From: Macrostomum lignano
Lineage: Eukaryota
Length of the DNA stretch: 64,000 bases
Assembly: GCA_002269645.1 (NCBI GenBank)
Contig: NIVC01000740.1
Coordinates: 195,275-259,274 of the forward strand
Direction: 5' to 3'
The notes beneath the pieces were generated by a model. That model made no database searches and was not told where the DNA came from. It worked only from the letters and a program-made list of their open reading frames with translations. Numbering within the stretch: position 1 is the stretch's first letter; each line of letters begins with the position of its first letter. Of the stretch, positions 1-25,699 are shown piece by piece. Both the position numbers and the translations under genes were made by a program.

Positions 1-2002
1 GAACTTCTCCTTGCCGGCCATGGCCGCATGGATGGGGCGCAGCAGCTGGGCGGCGCGCGGCACGTGGCGGTGGTAGAAATTCACCATGCCGGCGAACTCC
101 TGCAGGCCCTTGACGGTGGCTGGTGGTGCGAACATGGCGATGGCGTCGACTTTGGTGGGCAGCGGCACGGCTCCCTGGGCGCTGATCCAGTGGCCGAGGA
201 AGTCGATCTCGCTGCGGCCGAACTCGCACTTGGCCGGGTTGACGATAAGGCCGTTGTCGGCCAGGCGCTGGAACAGCGTCCGCAGGTGCTCCATGTGCTG
301 CTGCCGGCTTTGGTTAGCGACCAAGAAGTCGTCGATGTAGGCGAAGACGAAGTCCAGGTCTTGGAAGATGGAGTCCACCAGCCGCTGGAAGGCCTGGGCA
401 GCGTTCTTGAGGCCGAACGGCATTCGCAGGAATTCGAAGAGGCCGAACGGGGTAGTGACGGCTGTCTTGGGCACGTCAACTGTGGCCACAGGCACCTGAT
501 GGTAGCCACGGACGAGATCGATCTTGGAGAAGGCGCGCTGAGAAGTCCTGGATGTGCGGCACGGGGTAGCGGTCGGGCACCGTGGCGTCGTTGAGCCGCC
601 TGAAATCGCCACAGGGACGCCAGCCGCCCGAGGCCTTTGGCACCATGTGCAGCGGCGAGGACCAAGTGCTGTTGATCCGGCGAACGATGCCGAGCTGCTC
701 CAGGAGCCGGAACTCCTCCTTGGCCACCGCCAGCTTGTCCGGCGGCAGGCGGCGAGGGCGGGCGTGGACCGGCGGGCCCTGCGTCGGGATGTGGAGCTCC
801 ACCCCGTGTCGTGGCTCAGCCCGCTGGAAACTGGGCTCGGTGAGGGCAGGGAACTCGGCCAACAGCTGGCTGTACGGGTCCTCAGCGGTGGCTGCGGCGA
901 GCTGCAGTCCGGGCCCCGCGCCGTCCAGCAGGTGCACGCTGGCGAGCGAGCGGGCGTCCAGGAGGCGCCGGTGCGGCAGGTCCACCAGCAGGCCGTGGTG
1001 CCGCAGAAAGTCGGCGCCGATCAGCGGGCGGGAGACCTCGGCTAGTATGAACGGCCAGGAGCAGCACCGGATGCCGAGGTCCAACGTGAGCTGGCGGGTG
1101 CCGAAGGTGCGGATCAGGCTGCCGTTGGCTGCGAAAAGCGGCGGGCCTGGCGAGTGCAGGCGGGCGTCGGAACCGGCGACGGGGAAAATGCTGACCTCGG
1201 CGCCGGTGTCGACCAGGAAGCGCCAGCCTGTCTGCACATCCGGGATGAGGAGCAGGCTGCTGCTGTTGCCGGCCGTCGAGCTGTTCACTGACGGCCGGCC
1301 TGCCCGTTTCCCTGGAAGCTGTACGGGGGCTCGCAGCGGCGGGCCTTCGCACCGAAGCGACGGTGAAAGAAACACAGGCCGTCGTCCGGGCGGTGTTGCC
1401 GAAGCCGGCTCTGTCTGGCGCCCTTGCTGGCCGCAGAGACCGCCGGCTGGGCTTGCTGGACTGGGTCTGCCGCCGGCTGCTGGACGGAGGCCGCGACCAG
1501 CTGCGGCCGCCGGCCGGCTGGCCCAGAGCTTGTCCACCTGCTGCGCTGCTGCCCGGGGGTCCGCGAAACTGACGGTTGTCATGGCCATGCGTACCTCCGG
1601 TGGCAGCTGTGGCAGCTCCTCGAACAGCAGGCAGGGGCGGTGTGGTTCCCCAGCAGGGCGAGCATCTCGTCCATCAGCTCGGACGGCAGCCGGTCGTCGA
1701 GGCCGGACATGCTGAGCAGGCGGCTGGCCCGCTGCTGAGGAGTCAAATCGAAAGTGCTGTTGAGGCGCTCCTTTAGCTGAGCGTACTTGTTCGCATCCGG
1801 AAGATCCTCGAGCACATCGAACAGGCGCTCTGCTGTCTGCTGGTCAAGAGCTGCGACGACCAGATGGGCGTACTATATCGTCCTTGAGTGATGCCTCTCG
1901 GGGTAACTGAGCTTTGGCCTGGATGAACCAGGCTCGAGGCTGGGCCGCCCAAAACGTGGGCAGCTTCAGGAGGGACACAGCAGAGTCGGTTTGTTGGGCC
2001 AT
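1..2002 (-). pseudogene. Disrupted gag-pro-pol of the Gypsy element
   Basis: The ATG at 2002 (MAQQTDSAVSLLK) is followed by frame changes in gag (~1890 and ~1640-1600). There is a deletion/frameshift in RT near 535, where ...DFSARL joins FSKIDL out of frame. YIDD is intact at ~325-340. Confidence 0.85.
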
Positions 2003-2013
2003 TGCACGAAATG

Positions 2014-2031
2014 GCTGCGTAGGGCTCACCA
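2014..2031 (-). promoter_or_regulatory. tRNA primer-binding site of the Gypsy element
   Basis: Minus strand reads ...GCGCTTCA T TGGTGAGCCCTACGC: LTR-terminal CA, one spacer base, then TGG. The cognate tRNA was not identified. Confidence 0.7.
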
Positions 2032-3000
2032 ATGAAGCGCGGCTTGCGAGTTGTAGCTAAGCGAGCAAAAAGAGCTTGTGATATTTTTTCAGCATAGTTA
2101 TTTATACATAACGAGAATAGGGAGGTGTGAGTCAGATCGAACTGGCTAGCTGGGCAAAACTCCCCAGCAGCCAGACGTGCAGGGGTCTGTGCAGTGTACA
2201 GGCGGGCCCCGCTCTCTCAGCCGTTGAATTTGATTGATTAAAAATTTCTAAGCTTAATTTTAAGTTCAAACTAAACTCGAATTAATTCGGTTGAAGATTT
2301 TAAGCAGTGTCCTTTTTATTTAGGATTTGATAGAGAATGCGGTAGTCGTGCGAAATTTTTGTGAATACCAAAAATATCCACTTTTGTACATGTATGCAAT
2401 ACACAAACACAAAATATGCAAAAAGATGAAATACCAAGCTGGTAATAATTTGATTAGAACGTAAATTCATTTTACATATGCATAGACAAAACTCTAAAAA
2501 TCAGAAATTGCTATCGTACTGAAAGTGGAATAGAAAACAGATTTTTATAACTAAAATCATATACCAGCTGTGAGAAAGTATATACTCGTAGTAAAGCGAC
2601 AAAAATATTAGAAAGCCCTTAAAACAGTATTTTTGTGCTCGAACATGAGCAAAAAATTGCAGAGTAAGACTGAAGAAGAGGCATAGGGATTTTCCTCTGC
2701 ATTTTTTCCTTTTAGAGCAAAATCGGCAGAAAAAGACCTGGTTCTCAAATGTGCAGCAAAATCTGCAATCCGTAATTCCCAGAAACGAGACTAAAGCGTA
2801 ATGTTACTTTACGCGAAAATTTAAAAGGTTTTTTCCTTGCTTGCTCAAATTTCGAAAACTTAATTCTCGTCTCGGCGGCTTGCTCGCACAACCCGGAACA
2901 GGAAACTAGCCGCACGATCAGCGGGAATAAAATTGCGGGAGGGGATTAGCTCATTTGTTAGTTAGTAATTTACGGTTTACAGCCGTGATCTAAAGTGGTC

Positions 3001-18752
<15,752 letters not shown>

Positions 18753-19460
18753 TCTAAATTTAACTGACAATAATAAATAATAAATTAAATACATATCCGC
18801 CGCATACTACTGCTGCTGCGCGAGACTACTGCTGAACAAAAATTCTGGTAAAACGTCTGCAAGCGATTTCATTCAATCAATACTGAACTCGGGTTCGCAG
18901 TCGGACACACTGATTAGAGCCATTCCTGTATTGCTCATTGATTTCTTGATCAGAGCTCCCTGCCTCTGCACTCCCACTAATCACTGCATAATGCTTTATA
19001 CACCTCTGCCCCAGCCAGGTGCAATCCGACTTCCTTTTTGGTCCGTTTTTTTGCTGTCTTCAAGTCTGTCCCCAGTCTGATTCGCAATTTTGGTTTTTTT
19101 AGTTTTGTTATAATTGAAAATTTTATAAATTGATTATTTTGAGTCAATTCTGTGCAGTAGAAGTGTGTTTTTAACTGATTAGCGCTTTCTTATCTGAGTG
19201 ATTCTTCCCCAGTAATCCCCTTCAATTGGTGCTTTGAAATTCATTTATTCACTGTTTTGTACCTGATTACTATTAGTAATATTTTTATTAATTTGTTACT
19301 TTTTCCGCACGGACTGTTTAGTGGACATATATTAAATAATAATGATGATGATAATAGCAACAAATGTTCGCAGGCTCAGGTGCCAATGGACTTATCGACT
19401 CATTCATTTATTATCTGAAAGGTTTTTCCGGCTCTCATCGAAGGTCATGAAGAATTGAAC

Positions 19461-19578
19461 TTTGAGGAAAGCCAGGAAAACGAAAGCAAAATCGAACATT
19501 CGCATTTAGGACCCCAAAATTATTAAAGAAAAAATGCGAATGTTTGTTTTTGCTTTCGTTTTCCTGGCTTTCCTCAAA
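19461..19578. mobile_element. MITE-like near-perfect hairpin
   Basis: Arm TTTGAGGAAAGCCAGGAAAACGAAAGCAAAATCGAACATTCGCATTT pairs with 19532-19578 with 2 mismatches over ~47 bp. Loop is ~24 nt. Confidence 0.6.
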
Positions 19579-19810
19579 CGATGTACCCTTCCTCGACTCT
19601 GAATTGAACTTTAAAGTGCACAGTCGGTTGGAGTTTTCCTATGGCGAAACTCTGAAGCCTCTGACAAGTGACGAGAATTGCTTTTGTCAGCCAAAGTTGA
19701 GAATTCCCATTTGCCAGCAGTAGATATGGTCTTGCCCATAGACAGGCAAAAAATGGCCGTCAATCAAATTGATAAATCTGATCTTTACTACATGGAAGTA
19801 GATGTTTACC

Positions 19811-21094
19811 GGTTCACTGGTCAGATCGTCATATCGGATGACGAAGTGACCAAATATTTTGTTATGCTGGATACTTCGTCATCAACCAATCAGTAAAATG
19901 GGGGATGAAAATACCTTTAACGTAGATATCAACCATGCACAAAAACTAAACCGGATCAATTTGTATCCTAACTTCGTCATTTCTTGAGAAAGAAATAGCC
20001 AAAAATAGACACCGAGTCTTTTAGATATTAAAAATTTGAAAAACATTTTTTTGCCATGAATTAAAGGATTTTCCACGCAACAGCTTTTATACGCACAACG
20101 CATATCTTTACAATGCCGGATAAACGTAGACCGCGAAAGTGCAAGAGACGATTGTCTGTTGCATGCTCAAAAATAGTGCGCAATGATGGTGAAGCCCTTT
20201 CGTGTGACGCCTGCAAGAAATTGCAACGTCGCTGCTGCGGAACAGGTGTGTCGAAAAAAGACTACAATGCTAATAATGCAGGATAAATTCACGTGGATTT
20301 GCACTGAGTGCCGGATATCCGAAGCAAAATCGCCGCTATCGAATTCGCGATCAGGTGCTGCGTCCGCTCTGGCAGCTGTGCTCTCGCAGTCGCCTCCGCT
20401 GCCGCCGCCACCGACTTCGCTGCCGCCTGCGCCTCATCTGGAAGCAGCACTATCGCCGCCACCTGCGCCTCAGTTACTTAAGTATGCATTGCCACAACGG
20501 TTAGTAACGTCTATGGCTCAGACAGCTACCATTTTGGATGAGCCGTATTCCTTCCATCTAGAACCCGTCCGCCATCCTGCGGCTTTACTGGAAAATCCAA
20601 TCGAGGGTCCTGAGCCGCAAACCGGTAATTTTCCTGCAGCTGGAATAACCAACGGAGTTTTTGATGAGGATCTGCCGGCAAAAGTCATATGAAGTTAAAT
20701 GAATTCGTCTTTAAGGATTATTTAGCTTTCTATTAAAAAACCTTCCAATTGCAAAACTATCTAATAAAAATCCCAAAAAGCAAAGTCCACGGGGGGTGTG
20801 TGTGAGATTTGAGTTAGTGTAAACTATTTTTTGTTTTTTTAACTATAAGCTGCGGCAAGCAGAACCGATCCATCGACAGGTTTTATCAATCGAGATGACA
20901 AAATGACTGGGATCATTAGGATTCCAAGTAAATATGTTTAATTGCCACATTAATTCACTTGGAAGTTGAAACTAACATGATTGGTGGATGACAAAATGAC
21001 TCTCTTCAGGTAGTGCATGTTAATTAAGATGACGAAGTGACCCTAGTCGAGGTGAGCACCCCAGACACCTCAGATGAAGAAATGACTAGGAACC
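19811..21094 (+). mobile_element. Non-autonomous MULE (Mutator-like) derivative with a frameshifted PHD finger
   Basis: The right end reads GGTTCCTAGTCATTTCTTCATC (reverse complement), 19/22 identical to the terminus of the MULE at 43579. The left end is GGTTCACTGGTCAGATCGTCAT. Both ends are flanked by GTTTACC(G). The ATG at 20113 gives CSKIVRNDGEALSCDACKKLQRRCCGTGVS.../...QDKFTWICTEC, homologous to the PHD at 45300-45467. Confidence 0.75.
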
Positions 21095-21460
21095 GTTTAC
21101 CGACTTAAATGAGCTAATAATTTAATTTAATAAATTAATAATCGAGGAATCCTTTGTAGTCAAGTTGTTCCTCCTGAAATTCAGTCTGTCGCTCTTTTCA
21201 TTTCCTTGCTTTTGGCAGTTGGTTACTATACCGACAAACGCCTACATTCCGTTCCTAAAGGCGATGTAAAATTTAATCGATATTGAGTCTTGACTACGGG
21301 CTTCTGACTACAGCACAGACGCTAAATGTTGCTTGTACCAGCAAGTTGGCTGGTTCGGAACCCCTCCCGAAGGGTCTTTGACGTGACCGCTATTTTTAAG
21401 ATACTGAATGAAACTGAATGAAAAACTTTGATGTCAACAAAGCAGGGCATGCAGCTGCCG

Positions 21461-21945
21461 TCACGTCCGCGAGTTCGGGCAGGGTTCGCACGAGTCGCAC
21501 TCGGCCGAAATCGTGCGGTCCTTTTTGACCTCCAGCACTCGGCAGTAGCCTGAGCAGCAGTCCTTGCCGCTCCAGCACCTGGTGCCGCCTTCTGAGCACG
21601 ACTTGCTGGATGAGCAGGCCGGCGCCATCTCTAGCTTTGCAGTGAGGAAATTTTTGTATTTATATAGATACTTTATATAGAGTCTTTGGGGTTAATGGCC
21701 CTCCTGGGTGCGAATGGCTCAGTATAACCCACCAGAGCCATGCAATACCTGTACTTGAAAAGAAGTCTCAATTGTCAGTTAATAAATGGCATTGCAAATG
21801 CATAAAACAGCTACTCACGCGTAACAAGAGTTATGATAATCAAAAAGTTGAACGTTTGTAATTTAGTGAAGAAGATGGAACTGTGTGCAAAGTGCAGTTG
21901 GGTTCGAAGATCGGTGGTACTGAGACTACGGACACTTGGCTGCAT
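21461..21945 (-). CDS. Secreted inhibitor-cystine-knot (conotoxin-like) peptide A, 2 exons, ~98 aa
   Basis: Exon 1 is 21945-21819 (MQPSVRSL...KLQTFNFLIIITLVT, donor C|GTGAGT). Exon 2 is 21630-21461 (acceptor CTAG|, phase 1). The joined product ends ...LVTQMAPACSSSKSCSEGGTRCWSGKDCCSGYCRVLEVKKDRTISAECDSCEPCPNSRT*. The start codon and exact acceptor are less certain than for peptide B. Confidence 0.8.
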
Positions 21946-22504
21946 GATGATGGAGATGGATGGAGAATGATAATTAATCAGGCTTAGTTCTGGCTCAACT
22001 GCTGCCATAGACGGTAAAGGCCTGACACAAATTGAAGAGACAAAGAGAGAAGGTTCTGTAGCTGCCGGCGGAGACTGTCCCGCCAAGGGCGGGTTTCTTG
22101 TCTATGGTAAAAAGTCAAACTTCTCTGTGGCACAGTCAACTGCAAGTGCCAGGGGTTCTCAATTCCTCTGCAAGACCTGGTCACTAAAATCTCAAGCTTA
22201 TATGATGTACTTGCTGCTTGCTTGGAATAGAACTGCCCTTTTTACGCAGTTATAGAATTTCTACTGGATACATGTAATTATTGGTCTGAAAGTTGGTAGC
22301 GGAAATGAAAGCTTAGCAATCTCTACACACGGATATATTGCGGCAGAGATCAAAACTGGGTGAAAAGCACAGGCTGGGCTGGCGGCAGAGATCAAAGCGG
22401 GGCAGCAGGGCACAGGCCGAGTTGGCGGCAGAGATCAAAGCGGGGCAGCAGGGCACAGGCCGAGTTGGCAGCAGAGATCAGAGCGGAGCAGCAGGCACAG
22501 CAGC

Positions 22505-22829
22505 TCAGGTGCACTCTGCAGTGAACGTCAAGTTCGGCCAGGCCTTGAGCACTCTGCAGTAGTGTGAGCAGCAGTCTTTGCCCGACCAGCAGCTCACTCC
22601 GTTGACCAGACATGGCTCTGTGGCGGGGCAGGCGACTGATGATCTCAAGTCTGCAACAAATTGATCGGGTAACGGACTGCTCTTTGTTCATTCTAGTCTT
22701 GGTTTTAATTAGGAAATAAAATCGTTATTTATAGTTGATAGTAGTCGATAGACTGCCTGAAAACTCACAGATTAGCAGTAAATTGAAGAAAGCAAGCAGA
22801 AGTGACTTCACGGACTGGCGTATTTTCAT
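22505..22829 (-). CDS. Secreted inhibitor-cystine-knot (conotoxin-like) peptide B, 2 exons, 68 aa
   Basis: Exon 1 is 22829-22769 (donor T|GTGAGT), the intron is 118 nt, and exon 2 is 22650-22505 (acceptor TTGCAG|). Product: MKIRQSVKSLLLAFFNLLLIYLRSSVACPATEPCLVNGVSCWSGKDCCSHYCRVLKAWPNLTFTAECT*. Confidence 0.88.
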
Positions 22830-22983
22830 GGCTGCGTGATCAAGTTGGCAAAACTGCAAACTGACTTCTTGTGGTGGTCGCTCAAGTGAAGGTGGGTGCC
22901 AAAGCGCACGGCACCGAGAAGTAAATAAAAGTCCTTGTCTTGAAATTGTCTGTGGCTGAAAACCTGTTTCTTGTAAAAGAACA

Positions 22984-23409
22984 CGAAGCCTTCGGCATCT
23001 CCTACCCTGAGGTGGTCTCGAACGCGGCCCTCTACCGACGAGCCGGCCTGCGACCACCCAGCGAGACCATCCGGCGGCGGCGGCTGCAGCTGGCGGGCCA
23101 CGTGATCCGCGCGGAAACCTACTGCCCTGAACCGGTGCAGGACGTCCTGCTGCTCACGCTGCGGGGCCCCTGGCGCCGAGGGCAGGCCAGGACGCGCCGG
23201 TACGTGGACTGCCTGCTGGCTGACGCCGGTGTCATCGGCCAGACCAACGCTGCGGCTGCCTTCAGGGAGCAAGCCAGAAGGAGAGTGCTCTGACACTGCC
23301 GCCACGCTCTCACATTTCCGTTTCTTTCCCCCCCTTTTTTGCTCTTCCGTCCCGTGCTGCCCCCTTTTCCTTTTGCTTTCTTTTGCGGCGGTGTACATGT
23401 ATGTATGTA
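22984..23409 (+). mobile_element. 5'-truncated non-LTR retrotransposon (LINE, RTE-like C-terminus)
   Basis: Encodes ...ETIRRRRLQLAGHVIRA...RRRVL* and ends in an (ATGT)n tail. It is flanked by the 12-bp direct repeat TGTAAAAGAACA at 22972-22983 and 23410-23421. Confidence 0.85.
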
Positions 23410-23526
23410 TGTAAAAGAACAAGACTCTGCTTTTACAAATCAAAGAGACCATTCTAAATCAGAATTTATTGCAAAAATTTTATATACCGGTATTTAAAGC
23501 AGAAATTTTCAGTGGAAAGAAACCAT

Positions 23527-24626
23527 ATGTCTGGCTGGCTTATGTTACTCCTGCTGGGCCTCTCCGTCAGCAGCCAACTGATTACATGTGAGTCAGGGAG
23601 TTTTCAATATCAGCGTTGCGCGCCATCATTGTGTTATGAACTTTCATGTTCTGAATTCGTGTTCTGAATTCGTGTTCTGAATTCGTGTTCTGAATTCGTG
23701 TTCTGAATTCGTGTTCTGAATTCGTGTTCTGAATTTATGTTCTGAATTCGTGTTCTGAATTCGTGTTCTGAATTCGTGTTCTGAATTCGTGTTCTGAATT
23801 CGTGTTCTGAATTTGTGTTCTGAATTCGTGTTCTGAATTCGTGTTCTGAATTCGTCTTCTGAATTCGTGTTCTGAATTCGTGTTCTGAATTCGTGTTCTG
23901 AATTCGTGTTCTGAATTCGTGTTCTGAATTCGTGTTCTGAATTCGTGTTCTGAATTCGTGTTCTGAATTCGTGTTCTGAATTCGTGTTCTGAATTCGTGT
24001 TCTGAATTCGTGTTCTGAATTCGTGTTCTGAATTCGTGTTCTGAATTAGTGTTCTGAATTCGTGTTCTGAATTCGTGTTCTGAATTCGTGTTCTGAATTC
24101 GTGTTCTGAATTCGTGTTCTGAATTCGTGTTCTGAATTCGTGTTCTGAATTCGTGTTCTGAATTCGTGTTCTGAATTCGTGTTCTGAATTCGTGTTCTGA
24201 ATTCGTGTTCTGAATTCGTGTTCTGAATTCGTGTTCTGAATTCGTGTTCTGAATTCGTGTTCTGAATTCGTGTTCTGAATTCGTGTTCTGAATTCGTGTT
24301 CTGAATTCGTGTTCTGAATTCGTGTTCTGAATTCGTGTTCTGAATTCGTGTTCTGAATTCGTGTTCTGAATTCGTGTTCTGAATTAGTGTTCTGAATTAG
24401 TGTTCTGAATTCGTGTTCTGAATTAGTGTTCTGAATTCGTGTTCTGAATTAGTGTTCTGAATTCGTGTTCACGAAGCTTCTTTCCTCCAATCCAGCAGCG
24501 CAGGCCTGCAAGTGCGCCAGGGACCACCGCGGCTGCACCCTGAGTCTGCGCGTCCTGCTGATGAAGCTGAGCTGGCACCAGGCTCCCGCGGCCTCATCGC
24601 TTGGGGGGAAGAAACCGCATCACTAG
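23527..24626 (+). CDS. Small secreted peptide C, 2 exons, 63 aa
   Basis: Exon 1 is 23527-23587 (MSGWLMLLLLGLSVSSQLIT, T|GTGAGT). Exon 2 is 24496-24626 after a pyrimidine tract + CCAG. Product ends ...ITSAQACKCARDHRGCTLSLRVLLMKLSWHQAPAASSLGGKKPHH*. The 61-nt phase-1 signal exon has the same layout as peptide B. Confidence 0.65.
23645..24470. repeat. 13-bp minisatellite (gaattcgtgttct)n, ~63 copies, inside the intron of peptide C
   Basis: Near-perfect tandem array. Confidence 0.97.
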
Positions 24627-25049
24627 TGCATGTATTGTAATAAGTTCACTGTTTTATACTCTGTTCATTTTAAATACACAAGTTGCCGCAACAAATCAGT
24701 ACATTTTAGTACAGTAATAATGTACTGATATGTCGGCAACTTATTGACAAACTCGGCAAATAAAACTTTGTTTAAAAAATTCGTTGCCCACCTCCGCTTG
24801 ACTAAATTCCTACATGTACATTATTTTGAGAATTGGTGTTGCCAGTGCCCATTTTATTGCCGCAGGCACTCATTAAATTTAATTTGAATTTCTGAAAACC
24901 TTTCTGCCTTTCTGCAGAGGATAAACTATTTTATCCAATGACAATGACTCAAGAAGATTGAGAAAATTCATTAAAGACATAAACAAGCCCCTCTGAACTG
25001 CCCTGAGGCTCGATTTAAATAAATGAGACAGAAGGCGGTGGTTCTTTGT

Positions 25050-25225
25050 TACAAATATTTTGTATTAATACTTTTGTATTATTTTTGTATTAATACTTTT
25101 AATTGTATTTTGTATTAATACTAATATTTGTAATACTAATTTGTAATACTAATATTTGTATTAATACTAATTGTATTGTACTTTGTATTAATACTTTTGT
25201 ATTAATACTTTGTATTAATATTTTT
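25050..25225. repeat. Degenerate ~15-bp AT-rich repeat (ttttgtattaatact)n
   Basis: Direct reading. Confidence 0.7.
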
Positions 25226-25699
25226 AAGAACGAGATAATAATGGGCCAAAGGACTGCAACCGTTTGATTGCGGGTGCTTTCTATTTATAGCTTTTTGATG
25301 ACGATGGGACATTCCGGAAGAAAAATGTTCTAGAAAGAGTAGCGCGGGAATTCGAGTTACTATATTTAGAATTATATTTATCGTAGAAATTTCTAGAATG
25401 AAATGTTTACTACATGGTCAGAAAGTTTGCGAAGGTTCAGTACAAGGTCATTACGGCTTCATTTTGGTACGAGTGTACCGATAATATGATCTGCTTTACG
25501 TCGAGAAACTTAATTATTTAATAATTGATGATTAAAGTGTAATAGCAATTTAAATTAAAAGTTTAAATTAAAATAAATTTTAAGAAATTAAGATTTTAAA
25601 ACTAGGATTTTTCATCAAAAGAATAAGTTAATAACAGTAATAGAATAGCAACAAACACTAATTATTTTTTGTAATTTTTTCCTTCATTGTACTATAGCC

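Larger units (their letters stand above)
1..2200 (-). mobile_element. Ty3/Gypsy LTR retrotransposon, degenerate, running off the left edge (5' LTR candidate 2033-~2200, PBS, gag, protease, RT)
   Basis: Minus strand shows a gag N-terminus (VSLLKLPTFWAAQPRAWFIQA), aspartic protease motif [10 protein letters not shown], and RT motifs [22 protein letters not shown] and FAYIDDFLVA. The LTR end ...CA (2033-2034) is followed by 1 nt and a TGG primer-binding site. The outer LTR boundary is a guess because the second LTR is outside the window. Confidence 0.92.

Noticed and set aside
28-1738. Plus-strand ORFs over the Gypsy element, and similar antisense ORFs over CLTC, UBXN1, MULE and WDR90 exons
   Set aside because: They are shadow frames caused by high GC3 on the opposite strand and carry no recognisable motifs.
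22130-22200. Possible extra knottin exon after a CTTGCAG acceptor (minus strand)
   Set aside because: The phase-1 frame stops after nine codons and there is no Cys framework.
23645-24470. Regular arrays (13-bp here; 30-bp at 26230, 33-bp at 52090, 42-bp at 14977) as CRISPR arrays
   Set aside because: The units are directly adjacent with no unique spacers, no cas genes are present, and all lie in eukaryotic introns.
24485-24600. Minus-strand SFISRTRRLRV as a LINE remnant
   Set aside because: The match is too short. The plus-strand reading with a canonical acceptor and signal exon explains the region better.
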